Shown here in pieces: positions 11,462 through 22,476 of a DNA stretch of 64,000 nucleotides. The notes beneath the pieces were generated by a model, which did no database searches, was not told the DNA's origin, and saw only the letters and a list, made by a program, of their open reading frames with translations. The DNA lies in the NCBI GenBank assembly GCA_965248835.1, contig CBDFLJ010000002.1, positions 288,001-352,000 on the forward strand. Reading direction: 5' to 3'. The position numbers and the translations under genes were made by a program. Source of the DNA: Alphaproteobacteria bacterium. GTDB lineage: Bacteria; Pseudomonadota; Alphaproteobacteria; MPNO01. Position 1 is the first letter of the stretch, and each line of letters starts with the position of its first letter.

Positions 11462-11992
11462 TCAGGGGTGGATGTCGATCGGGGTGCCGTCCTCGACCAG
11501 CGCCCAGATCTCGTCGATCTCGCGGTTGGTGACCGCGATACAGCCCTGTGTCCAGTCCAGATCGGGATGGCCGAGGTCGCCGGCCGACCACTTCTTCGGC
11601 AGTCCGTGGATCATGATCCTGCCGCCCGGCGGCACGCCCATGAAACGCGCGCGGGCGCGGTCCGACCGGTTCGGATAGGAGATGTGGATCGCCTTGTAGA
11701 AGGCGCTGTCGTCGATCCGGTGATCGAGCGTGTAAGACCCTTCCGGCGTGCGCGCGTCGCCCGACTTGGTCTTGTGGCCCTTGGGATAGCGGCCGAGCGC
11801 GACCCGATAGATCTTGAGAACCCGGTCGTCGTGCAGCAGAACCAGCCGCCGCTGGGACTTGAGCACCACGACCCGGTCGGCCTTGAACGGTGGAAGCGCC
11901 GCGACTTCGCTGGAGGTTGCGCGCGCCGGCGCGGCCGCCCCAAGCACGCCGAGACCGAGACCACACCAAACCACAACCGCTAAAATACGCAC
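11462..11992 (-). CDS. L,D-transpeptidase family (YkuD) protein
   Basis: Signal peptide; GDARTPEG, IMIHG and WTQGCIAV catalytic His/Cys. Confidence 0.88.
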   Translation of the reverse strand: MRILAVVVWCGLGLGVLGAAAPARATSSEVAALPPFKADRVVVLKSQRRLVLLHDDRVLKIYRVALGRYPKGHKTKSGDARTPEGSYTLDHRIDDSAFYKAIHISYPNRSDRARARFMGVPPGGRIMIHGLPKKWSAGDLGHPDLDWTQGCIAVTNREIDEIWALVEDGTPIDIHP

Positions 11993-12088
11993 GAAGCCCC
12001 CATCCCGGCCAATTGGCGTTGGAATCCAATACTATCCAAAATCCGCTTCGAGGTTAACCGTCGGCGTGGCGCCGCGGATCGGGTGCGC

Positions 12089-12883
12089 TCAGACCGCGAT
12101 CGGCGCCGGAATATGGGCATGCGCCTCATAGCCCTCCACCACGATGTCCTCGTAGGTGAAGGCGAACAGATCCGTGACCGCGGGGTCCAACATCAGCCGG
12201 GGCAGGCGGTTCGGCGTCCGGGCGAGCTGTTCGTCCGCCTGGTCGAGGTGGTTTCGATACAGATGCGCATCCCCGAGCGTGTGGATGAACTCGCCGGGGC
12301 CAAGACCGGTGACGTGCGCGACCAGATGGGTCAAGAGCGCATAGCTCGCGATGTTGAAAGGCACACCGAGGAACACGTCGGCGCTGCGCTGGTAGAGCTG
12401 GCACGACAACTTGCCGCCGGCGATGTGGAACTGGAACAGGCAATGGCACGGCGGCAGCGCCATGGCCGGCAGGTCGGCAACGTTCCAGGCGCTGACGATC
12501 AGGCGCCGCGAGGTCGGGTTGGTGCGGATCTCCTCCACCAGCCGGGCCATCTGGTCGATCGCAGCGCCGTCGTGGCCCGGCCAGGAGCGCCACTGGCGGC
12601 CATAGATCGGGCCGAGCCCGCCGGTCTCATCGGCCCATTCATCCCAGATTCTCACCCCGTTCCGGTTCAGATAGGCGACATTCGTGTCGCCGGCCAGGAA
12701 CCACAGAAGCTCATGGACGATCGAGCGCAGATGAAGCCGCTTGGTGGTCACCAGCGGGAAGCCATCGGCCAGATCGAACCGCATCTGGTAGCCGAACACG
12801 CTGATCGTGCCCACCCCGGTCCGGTCGTTGCGAACAACGCCGTTGTCCCGGACATGGCGCATCAGGTCGAGATATTGCCGCAC
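12089..12883 (-). CDS. thyA: Thymidylate synthase
   Basis: GTG start (MRQYLDLM); [32 protein letters not shown]. Confidence 0.98.
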   Translation of the reverse strand: MRQYLDLMRHVRDNGVVRNDRTGVGTISVFGYQMRFDLADGFPLVTTKRLHLRSIVHELLWFLAGDTNVAYLNRNGVRIWDEWADETGGLGPIYGRQWRSWPGHDGAAIDQMARLVEEIRTNPTSRRLIVSAWNVADLPAMALPPCHCLFQFHIAGGKLSCQLYQRSADVFLGVPFNIASYALLTHLVAHVTGLGPGEFIHTLGDAHLYRNHLDQADEQLARTPNRLPRLMLDPAVTDLFAFTYEDIVVEGYEAHAHIPAPIAV

Positions 12884-12951
12884 CGTTCCGGCCGTTTGTT
12901 TTCCTGCTCGAGCGAACTTCAAATTAGGACCGAATCGTCCTATATTATCAA

Positions 12952-13256
12952 TGCCGGGTGACCGGCTATGGCGATAAACGGCTTGTGTAATAAGCGTAGC
13001 GGACCCGGGGGCAGTACCCGGCGCCTCCACCAAAGCCCGGTTCGCGCCGCCGATACGGGAAATCCCGTGCCAGCGGCGCCCCGATATTGGGGGCGAAACA
13101 GGATCGACGCGCGTGTAAAGGCTTGCTTTTCGCTCGGCATGGTACCGCCGTTATCGGGCCAATCTGACAGATGCCAACGACAACGATTTGGCACTCGCTG
13201 CCTAGTTTTTCTAGGTAAGCGCGGCCCGGGGGGCGCCGGGCAACAGAAGCCCCCCA
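12952..13256 (+). ncRNA. ssrA: Permuted two-piece tmRNA
   Basis: 3' acceptor end ...CGCCTCCACCA ending at 13032 precedes the 5' end GGGGGCG at 13089 (7-bp stem with G3.U70); tag ORF ANDNDLALAA* at 13173-13205; outer ends approximate. Confidence 0.93.
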
Positions 13257-13293
13257 ATTTCCGGGTCGTCGGAGGATGAAACGAAGCTGAGTG

Positions 13294-13815
13294 ATGTCCA
13301 CGACCGGCGACTCTCTGATCCCCTATCAGGAAATGATGGAACGCGCGCTGCGCAGCCTGGTGCGCGAGGCCCTCGACCTCGTGGGCACGGAAGGCCTGCC
13401 CGGCAACCACCATTTCTACATCTCCTTTCGCACCCAGGCGGACGGCGTGGACATGCCCGCGCATCTGCAGGCGCGATACCCCGACGAGATGACCATCGTG
13501 CTGCAACACCAGTTCTGGGGCCTCGAGACCGATGACGCCGGGTTCTCGGTCACCCTGTCCTTCGGCGGGCGCTCGGAGCGCCTGAGGATCCCGTTCGAGG
13601 CGCTGAACGCCTTCATGGACCCGGCGGTCAATTTCGGCCTGCAGTTCCACCGCCTCGAGGCGGGGGCGGAGGCCGGGGACGGCGCAGCCCAGCATATGCC
13701 GGCCACGCCCGACAACGAGACCGAGGCGGGCCCGAGCGCCGTGGCCCCGGAGACCGGTGGCAAGGACGAGGCGTCCGCCACGGTGGTCACGCTCGACACG
13801 TTCCGCAAGAAATAG
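13294..13815 (+). CDS. sspB: ClpXP adaptor SspB, alphaproteobacterial type
   Basis: LPGNHHFYISF, YPDEMTIVLQHQF, C-terminal VVTLDTFRKK; adjacent to ssrA. Confidence 0.93.
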   Translation: MSTTGDSLIPYQEMMERALRSLVREALDLVGTEGLPGNHHFYISFRTQADGVDMPAHLQARYPDEMTIVLQHQFWGLETDDAGFSVTLSFGGRSERLRIPFEALNAFMDPAVNFGLQFHRLEAGAEAGDGAAQHMPATPDNETEAGPSAVAPETGGKDEASATVVTLDTFRKK

Positions 13816-13839
13816 GGTCACGCGAACCGGGGGCCTGCG

Positions 13840-15450
<1,611 letters not shown>

Positions 15451-15513
15451 GTCGGCCGCGCTGGAGCGGCGATCGGTTGAGCCTGGTGCGCCGGCGGCGC
15501 AGAATATCCGCCC

Positions 15514-16041
15514 ATGGCACGGTCATCCTATATCCTGCCGGACGTCCTGGAGCCTGGCATGGTCACCGTTTTTTGCGGCAGCGCAGCCGGTGCGGTCTCC
15601 GCACGGCTCGGCCTGCCCTATGCCGGGCCGGGCAACAAGTTCTGGCCGATTCTGGCCGAGACCGGGCTGACGCCGCGTCTGTTTGCGCCGCACGAGTTCC
15701 GCGCGCTGCCGGCGTTGGGGCTCGGCCTGACCGACGTCAACAAGACCGAGTCCGGCTCCGATGCCAGCCTGTCGGGCCGCGGTGACGACCCCGAGGCGCT
15801 GCGCGCCAAGATAGAGGCCTTTCGGCCGGCAATTCTCGCTTTTACCGCCAAACGGCCCGCCCGGGTCTTCCTCGAGGCGGTCTTCGGGGTCAGGACGATC
15901 GGCTACGGCGTCCAGGATTGCAGCCTCGGTGACACCGAGATCCACGTCCTGCCCTCGCCGTCGGGCCTTGCGGTCCGTTGGTGGGAGCCGGCGATATGGC
16001 ATCGCCTCGCCGAACGCCACAGATCCCTCGGCGCCCGATGA
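15514..16041 (+). CDS. mug: Mismatch-specific uracil DNA glycosylase (Mug/TDG family)
   Basis: LPDVLEPG, YAGPGNKFW, LPSPSGLA. Confidence 0.82.
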   Translation: MARSSYILPDVLEPGMVTVFCGSAAGAVSARLGLPYAGPGNKFWPILAETGLTPRLFAPHEFRALPALGLGLTDVNKTESGSDASLSGRGDDPEALRAKIEAFRPAILAFTAKRPARVFLEAVFGVRTIGYGVQDCSLGDTEIHVLPSPSGLAVRWWEPAIWHRLAERHRSLGAR

Positions 16042-17051
16042 CCAGGATCTGCATCTTCGGCGCCGGTGCCATCGGCTCGCTGATCGGCGGGCGCTTGGCG
16101 GTCGGCGGTGCCGACGTCAGCCTGATCGCCCGCGGTGCCCAGCTCGCGGCGATCGCGCGCGGCGGCCTCACCGTCGCGTACCGGGAGGAGACGGTTCATG
16201 TCAGCCCACCCGTCCATGCCGATCCTTCGGATCTAGGCCCGCAGGACTATGTGATCCTCACCGTCAAGGCGCCGTCGCTGGGCGAGGCGGCGGCGGCCCT
16301 GGCCCCGCTTCTGGATGCCGAGACGACCGTGGTCCCGATGCAGAACGGCCTGCCGTGGTGGCATTTCATGCACCGCGACGGGCGGTTCGCCGATCGGCGG
16401 CTGGTCAGCGTCGACCCGGACGGCCGGATCGCCGCGGCGATCGGATTCGAGCGTGTGCTGGGCTGCGTCGTCGGTGCGGCTACCGAACTTATCGCGCCCG
16501 GCCACGTGCGCTGCCTGGGCGGCGGCACGTTGACCCTGGGCGAGCCGGACGGGGCCGACAGTGCGCGTGCGCACCGCCTGGCGCTGGCGCTCGAAGCCGG
16601 CGGTTTCAGTGCGCGGATCAGCGCCGAGATCCGCGGCGACATCTGGGCCAAGCTGCTGGGCAACGTTTCCTTCAGCGTCATCGCCGCCCTGACCGGCGGA
16701 CGGCTCGTCGACCTGGCCGAGGATCCGGCGACCTGCGCGCTTGCCCGCGGGATCATGGCCGAGGCGGCGGACATCGCCGCCGCCCTGGGGATTGCCGTCC
16801 CGGTGTCGGTCGACGACCGGATCCTCACGACGCGCTCGATGGGAAACCACAAGACCTCCATCCTGCAGGATCTCGAGGCAGGCAGGCCGATGGAGGTCGA
16901 CGCCATCGCGGGATCGGTGCTCGAGGCCGCGCGGCTGGCGGGCATCCCGGCGCCGCTGACCCGGACCGCCTACGCGCTTCTTCGACGCCGCGCGATCGAG
17001 GCCGGGCTCTATCCCGACAATCCTGCGCTGGCCGACATCCTGGAGCGCTGA
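16038..17051 (+). CDS. Ketopantoate reductase family protein
   Basis: GAGAIG, MQNGLPWW, IWAKLLGN, KTSILQDLEAGRPMEVD. Confidence 0.88.
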   Translation: MTRICIFGAGAIGSLIGGRLAVGGADVSLIARGAQLAAIARGGLTVAYREETVHVSPPVHADPSDLGPQDYVILTVKAPSLGEAAAALAPLLDAETTVVPMQNGLPWWHFMHRDGRFADRRLVSVDPDGRIAAAIGFERVLGCVVGAATELIAPGHVRCLGGGTLTLGEPDGADSARAHRLALALEAGGFSARISAEIRGDIWAKLLGNVSFSVIAALTGGRLVDLAEDPATCALARGIMAEAADIAAALGIAVPVSVDDRILTTRSMGNHKTSILQDLEAGRPMEVDAIAGSVLEAARLAGIPAPLTRTAYALLRRRAIEAGLYPDNPALADILER

Positions 17052-17128
17052 GCCCGTGACGCCGGGCGGGGCTGGCGAGACCGATGGCCGGTTGCTACAA
17101 CCCGAACCATCTGGTCCCGGAGCTGGCG

Positions 17129-18787
17129 ATGGCGATCGATCCGATCACCGTCCAGGTCTTGCGCAACAAGGTCGCAAGCCTGGTCGAGGAGATGCACTAC
17201 CACTTCTACCGGTCGGGCTACTCGACGATCATCCGCGAGTCCCGCGACTTTAGCTGCGTGATTGTCTCGGCCGACGGCGGTCTGGTGGTCGCCCCGCCGA
17301 TGTTCTTCCACGCCCCGGTCTACAAGCACCTCGTCGGGCGCATTCTGGAGATCTACGGTGCGGGCGGGCTTGCCGACGGCGACATCTTCGTCTGCAACCA
17401 CCCCTACGAGGGCGGTCTGCCGCATGTTTCCGACATGGCCTTCGCCGCGCCGATCTTCTTCGAGGACCGGCTGATCGGGTTCTCCGCCTCGATCGCCCAC
17501 AAGGCCGATATCGGCGGCACCAACCCGGGCAGCACCTCGGCCAACGCCACGGAGATGTATCACGAAGGGCTGCTGATCCCACCGATCCGGATCGCGGTGG
17601 GCGGCGCCTACAAGAACGATGTCGAGCGGCTGATCCTGACCAACAGCCGCCAGCCGGAACTCGTGCGCGGCGACATGCGCGCCCAGATCGCGGCCACGAA
17701 GATGGGCGTGGAGCGGATCAAGGACATCGCGGCGCGGTTCGGCGGCGAGACCGTGGTCGAGGCCTTCTCCGCGATCATGGCCGGTGCGGCGGCCGAGATG
17801 CGCACGGCGATCGCGGCTCTGCCCGACGGGACGGCGTCGGCGGAAGGGTTCATGGACTCCGATGGCGTCGAGCTCGACCGCCCGGTCCGCTTCGCGGTCA
17901 CCATTACCGTTGCGGGCGATACGGTGACGTTCGATTTCAGCGATGCCGGGCGCCAGGCCAAGGGCCCGGTGAACCTGCGCCCGTCCATGGTCGAGGCGTG
18001 CTGCTTCTACTCGCTGATCGGCTGTCTCGGCCCCGGGTTGCAGTTCAACGACGGCATGCGCGAGGTCACCCGTTTCGTCTACGCGCCCCGGACCATCACC
18101 AACGCGAGCCCGCCGGCGCCGGTCTCGAGCTACCAGATGGCGAACCTCAAGCTGGTCGACGTCATCCTCGAGGCGCTGTCCCACTTCAAGCCCGACCGGG
18201 CGGTGGCCAACGCGGCCTCGAGCGGGGCGGTGATGATCCAGTGGCTCGACGGCGGCCGGCCGGGACAGGCCAGCCTGCAATACGAGATCATCGGCTCGGC
18301 CTATGGCGGAGGCGCCGGCCATGACGGCGCCTCCGCCCTGGCGACCCATCTGTCGAACCTCCATATCACCCCGATCGAGATCATCGAATCGGAGTTCCCC
18401 TGCCGCATCAAACGGTTCGAGCTGATGCCCGATTCCGGCGGCGCCGGGGCGTTTCGCGGCGGGCTGGCGCTGCGCCGCGAATACGAGCTCCTGCAGGACG
18501 CGATCGTCATCCGGCGATACGACCGCGCGCGCTTTCCGCCCAGCGGGCTCTCCGGCGGCCGGGACGGCAAGGCCAGCCGGTTCGTCATCCGCTACGGCGA
18601 CCAGGACGCGGAAGAGACCCCGCCCTCGGGCCGGTTCGTGCTCGACGCCGGCCAGCGCTTCCTGCTCGAGACCGCGGCCGGCGGGGGCTACGGCGCGCCG
18701 GCCGAACGGGAACGGGACGCGATCGAGCGCGACATCGCCGAAGGCTATGTCAGCGCGCAGGCGGCCGCGCGCGACTACGGCCGATAG
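17129..18787 (+). CDS. Hydantoinase B/oxoprolinase family subunit
   Basis: YSTIIRESRDFS, NHPYEGGLPHVSD, HKADIGG, EGLLIPP, DSGGAGAFRGG. Confidence 0.92.
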   Translation: MAIDPITVQVLRNKVASLVEEMHYHFYRSGYSTIIRESRDFSCVIVSADGGLVVAPPMFFHAPVYKHLVGRILEIYGAGGLADGDIFVCNHPYEGGLPHVSDMAFAAPIFFEDRLIGFSASIAHKADIGGTNPGSTSANATEMYHEGLLIPPIRIAVGGAYKNDVERLILTNSRQPELVRGDMRAQIAATKMGVERIKDIAARFGGETVVEAFSAIMAGAAAEMRTAIAALPDGTASAEGFMDSDGVELDRPVRFAVTITVAGDTVTFDFSDAGRQAKGPVNLRPSMVEACCFYSLIGCLGPGLQFNDGMREVTRFVYAPRTITNASPPAPVSSYQMANLKLVDVILEALSHFKPDRAVANAASSGAVMIQWLDGGRPGQASLQYEIIGSAYGGGAGHDGASALATHLSNLHITPIEIIESEFPCRIKRFELMPDSGGAGAFRGGLALRREYELLQDAIVIRRYDRARFPPSGLSGGRDGKASRFVIRYGDQDAEETPPSGRFVLDAGQRFLLETAAGGGYGAPAERERDAIERDIAEGYVSAQAAARDYGR

Positions 18788-18817
18788 GCACACTGCGCAT
18801 CAACCGGGGGACATCCA

Positions 18818-19663
18818 ATGGATCGGATCGGCATGATCGGCCCGGGCCGCATGGGCCTGGCGATGATCAGGCACCTGATCGGGGCGGGCTATGCGGTCAC
18901 CGCGACCGACATCAACGCGGACCAGCTCGCCAAGGCCGCGGACGCGGGCGCCACGGCCGCCGGCTCGGTTGCCGAGGTCGCCGCATCGTCCGACTACGCG
19001 ATCGTCGCCGTCGGGTTCGATGCCGAGACCGTCGCGGTGACCACGGGCGAGGACGGGCTGGTCGGTACCATGGCGCCGGGCTCGTGCATCGCGGTCTGCT
19101 CGACATCCTCGCCGGAGACCGTGCGCACGATCGCCGAGGCGGCCGCCGCCAGGGGGATCGACGTGCTTGATGCGCCGATCTGCCGCGGCCGCTGGTCGGC
19201 CGATGACGGCACGCTGCTCGCGCTGGTCGGCGGCACCGACGCGGTGGTCGAACGCTCGCGTCCGGTGTTCATGACCTTCTGCTCGGACATCGCCCACCTG
19301 GGCCCGGTCGGGCACGGCCAGTTCGGCAAGGCGATGAACAATTTCCTGATGTGGATTTCCGGCCTCGGGATGATCGAGGCCGGCCGTCTCGCCGAGGCGT
19401 TCGGCGCGGACCTGGTGAAACTGCGTGATGCGCTGCTGATCTCCTCCGCCAAGTCCGCGACCATGGAGGACTGGGACCGGATGACCTTCACCTGGGCGCT
19501 GAAGGACATGCAGATCGTCTCCGATCTCGCCGACAGGCTCGGCCAGTCGATGCCGCTGGCCGGCGGCGTGCGCGAGATGGTCAAGGAGGCGCGCCGCATC
19601 AAGGCAGCCGCCCCACCGGACTGGACCGGCAAGGGCGCGGTGCCGCAAGACCGCAAGCCGTAG
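18818..19663 (+). CDS. Beta-hydroxyacid dehydrogenase (MmsB/GarR family)
   Basis: GPGRMG, LDAPICRG, GQFGKAMNN. Confidence 0.85.
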   Translation: MDRIGMIGPGRMGLAMIRHLIGAGYAVTATDINADQLAKAADAGATAAGSVAEVAASSDYAIVAVGFDAETVAVTTGEDGLVGTMAPGSCIAVCSTSSPETVRTIAEAAAARGIDVLDAPICRGRWSADDGTLLALVGGTDAVVERSRPVFMTFCSDIAHLGPVGHGQFGKAMNNFLMWISGLGMIEAGRLAEAFGADLVKLRDALLISSAKSATMEDWDRMTFTWALKDMQIVSDLADRLGQSMPLAGGVREMVKEARRIKAAAPPDWTGKGAVPQDRKP

Positions 19664-19692
19664 GGCACGCGGCAGGCGATCGGGAGGGGTGG

Positions 19693-20436
19693 ATGGCGAG
19701 ACTTCAGGGCAAGGTGGCGGTCATCACCGGTGCGAGCCGCGGCATCGGCCGGGCGGTGGCCCTGGCCTTCGCGCGCGAGGGTGCGGATGTCGCGATCACC
19801 GGGGTGAGCGATGAGGCGAGCCTGCGCGCGGTCGAGGCCGAGATCGCCGGCCTCGGCGCCGACGTGCTGGCTGCGATGTCCGACGTGAGCGTGCGGGCCG
19901 ACGTCGATGCGCTTGTCGGCCGGGTGCTCGACCGCTGGGGCCGGATCGACATCCTGGTGGCCAACGCGGGGATTCTGCGGCTGGCGTTGATCGGCGACAT
20001 CGCCGAAGAGCAGTGGGACCGCACGATGGCGGTCCACCTCAAGGGCTGCATCAACTGCATCCAGGCGGTGCTGCCGGCGATGCGCGAGGCGGGAAGGGGC
20101 AAGATCATCACCGTCACCGGCCCCGCCGCGCTGCGCGGGTCGTTCGGCGTGGCAGACTATGCCGCCGCCAAGGGCGGGATCATCGCGCTCACCAAGAACG
20201 CCGCCAACGAGCTCCGCAGCGACGGGATCCAGGTCAACTGCATCTCGCCGGTCGCCGACACCAGGATGACCGATGCGCTGGTCGCCTTCCGCGAAGAGCA
20301 TCAGGCCGAACATCTGGGCGCCGCGCCGCGCCGCGCGTTCGTTGCCGCTGAATCCGTCACGCCCGCGTTCGTCTTCTTCGCCTGCGAGGACAGCGACCTC
20401 GCTTCGGGCCAGGTGCTCGCCCTTCACCCGGACTGA
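19693..20436 (+). CDS. SDR family oxidoreductase
   Basis: TGASRGIG, NAGI, YAAAK. Confidence 0.9.
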   Translation: MARLQGKVAVITGASRGIGRAVALAFAREGADVAITGVSDEASLRAVEAEIAGLGADVLAAMSDVSVRADVDALVGRVLDRWGRIDILVANAGILRLALIGDIAEEQWDRTMAVHLKGCINCIQAVLPAMREAGRGKIITVTGPAALRGSFGVADYAAAKGGIIALTKNAANELRSDGIQVNCISPVADTRMTDALVAFREEHQAEHLGAAPRRAFVAAESVTPAFVFFACEDSDLASGQVLALHPD

Positions 20437-20531
20437 GGTGGCTGACCGGACAATTCTTTGTCCCTCAGCGACATTGTGTGGCCGGGCGATTTCGTTCAGC
20501 ATCGCTCATCGACGTGGTAGGGACAGGCGCG

Positions 20532-21554
20532 ATGAGCACATCCAAGCAGACACCCTTCGCCGCACCGGTGGTGGACCAACTGTCCGTCCGGGTCGTGGTC
20601 GATTCCCATTACGAGCGCTTCCTGCCGCGCGAGAGCCACGCGCATGTCAGGATCGAGCATGTCGGCGGCATTCCCGGCCGGCAGATGACCACCCTGGCCG
20701 GGGAATGGGGGCTGGCGCTCCACCTGGACTCCCGGGCATCGGGCGAAACCGCGCAATACCTGCTCGATTTCGGCTACACGCCGGAGATCCTCAACCGCAA
20801 TTTCAGCCTTCTGGACATCGACGCCGGCCGGCTCAACGGGCTGATCCTGAGCCACGGCCATCGCGACCACTATGGCGGGCTCGACGGGTTCGTGGGCCAC
20901 CATCGGACGGCGATGCGCGATGACGTCTCGCTTTATGTCGGTGCGGAGGACGCCTTCGACATCCGCTGGGTGGGGGGCAGGCCGCCGGACAAGCCCGATG
21001 CGAAGCCGGAGTTCGTCTGTTGGGGCGCGCCCGACCGGACGGCGCTGCTGGCGCAGAACGTGGTCCCGGTCTGCTGCCCCGATCCGCAGGCCCTCCAGGG
21101 CGCGTTCACCAGCGGCTATATCGGCCGCGATACCTTCGAGGTGGTGACCGGCGGCTCGATGGTCCAGAAATTCGATCATTTCTCCGATGCCGAGCGCCGC
21201 GGCGAGCTGGTGGCCGACAGTCATCCGGAGGAGCACGCGACCTGCTACATCGTCAAGGGCAAGGGGCTGGTGGTGATTTCATCGTGCGGCCACGCCGGGA
21301 TCATCAACTCGGTCCGGACGGCGATGGCGGTCTCGGGCATCGACAAGCTGCACGCCGTGATCGGTGGGTTCCACCTGACGACATCGAAGCCCGACTATAT
21401 CGAGCACACGGTCGATGCGCTGGAGGCGCTCGATCCCGACGTGGTGATCCCGATGCATTGCACCGGCATCGCGTTCACCGAGGCGATGCGCCGCCGCATG
21501 CCGGACCGTCTGGTCGGCTCCAACCTCGGAAGCCGGTTCACCTTCGGGCTGTGA
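20532..21554 (+). CDS. MBL-fold metallo-hydrolase
   Basis: LSHGHRDHYGG, SCGHAGIIN, GGFHL, PMHCTG. Confidence 0.88.
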   Translation: MSTSKQTPFAAPVVDQLSVRVVVDSHYERFLPRESHAHVRIEHVGGIPGRQMTTLAGEWGLALHLDSRASGETAQYLLDFGYTPEILNRNFSLLDIDAGRLNGLILSHGHRDHYGGLDGFVGHHRTAMRDDVSLYVGAEDAFDIRWVGGRPPDKPDAKPEFVCWGAPDRTALLAQNVVPVCCPDPQALQGAFTSGYIGRDTFEVVTGGSMVQKFDHFSDAERRGELVADSHPEEHATCYIVKGKGLVVISSCGHAGIINSVRTAMAVSGIDKLHAVIGGFHLTTSKPDYIEHTVDALEALDPDVVIPMHCTGIAFTEAMRRRMPDRLVGSNLGSRFTFGL

Positions 21555-21570
21555 TCGCGCCGGACCGTCC

Positions 21571-22344
21571 TCAGCGGCTGGTGGTCAGGCCCACCTCCTC
21601 GTAGCCGCCGCCGGTCTCGTCGGGCCAGTTGGCCGCGGTCCGGAAGGCCGCCCGCCCGCCGATCGCCGCGAACCATGCGCAAACCAGCGGCCTTGCTTCC
21701 TCGGCCCACATGTCCTCTCGTCCCAGCGCCAGCAGGCGCTGGAAGAAAGGCGCAATCGCAATATCGGCCAAGGTAAGGCGCGCGCCCATCAGCCAGGGTC
21801 CGCCCGAGGCCGCGATCATACGCTCCATCTCATCGAGGATACTCTCGATGACGCGGTTGCACTGCTCGATTTCCGCCTCGGTGATCTCGCCCCTGACGCC
21901 GCGGCCGTGGACGTCCCGGAGGAACGCCGTCGGCCTGCGCTCGGCCTGCTTTTTCAGCTCTTTCTCGCCCCAACGGTTCCGGAGCTTGGGCAGGATGTAT
22001 TTGACGAAGGTCGGGAACACGATGGCCGGGAACTTGTCGTCGCACAACCGGATGAACTCGCGCATCCGCGCGCGGGCCATCGGGTCGTCGGGCTTGAGCG
22101 GCGGACCCTCGAACGCCTCGTCGATATACTCGATGATGATCGAGGATTCGCGCACCGGCTCGCCGTCATGAACCAGCGTCGGCACCACGCCGGCGGGGTT
22201 GAGCGCCAGGTATTCCGGCTCCATCTGGTCGAAGCGGAAGATGTCGGTATACCGGCTCTCCCAGGGAACGCCCTTCTCCTCCAGCGCCATCCGCGCCTTC
22301 ACCGAGCACACCGAAGACCAGAAGTGATAAAGTTCGACCGCCAT
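21571..22344 (-). CDS. Glutathione S-transferase family protein
   Basis: SSVCSVK, LNPAGVVPTL, ESSIIIEYID, TLADI. Confidence 0.9.
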   Translation of the reverse strand: MAVELYHFWSSVCSVKARMALEEKGVPWESRYTDIFRFDQMEPEYLALNPAGVVPTLVHDGEPVRESSIIIEYIDEAFEGPPLKPDDPMARARMREFIRLCDDKFPAIVFPTFVKYILPKLRNRWGEKELKKQAERRPTAFLRDVHGRGVRGEITEAEIEQCNRVIESILDEMERMIAASGGPWLMGARLTLADIAIAPFFQRLLALGREDMWAEEARPLVCAWFAAIGGRAAFRTAANWPDETGGGYEEVGLTTSR

Positions 22345-22476
22345 CGCTCGCGCTTCCCCTCGCTTGTGGTTCGAACGCCGACCGGCGGATCATACAGCAG
22401 GGGTGGCGGTAGCGCGTGGAAAAGGTCCGGTGAAGCCGCGACGCCGGACCGGTGAAGGATTGACGGGAGGAAGACC

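Noticed and set aside
12884-13033. N-terminal extension of ThyA in the ORF track
   Set aside because: It is antisense to the tmRNA; the real start is GTG at 12883
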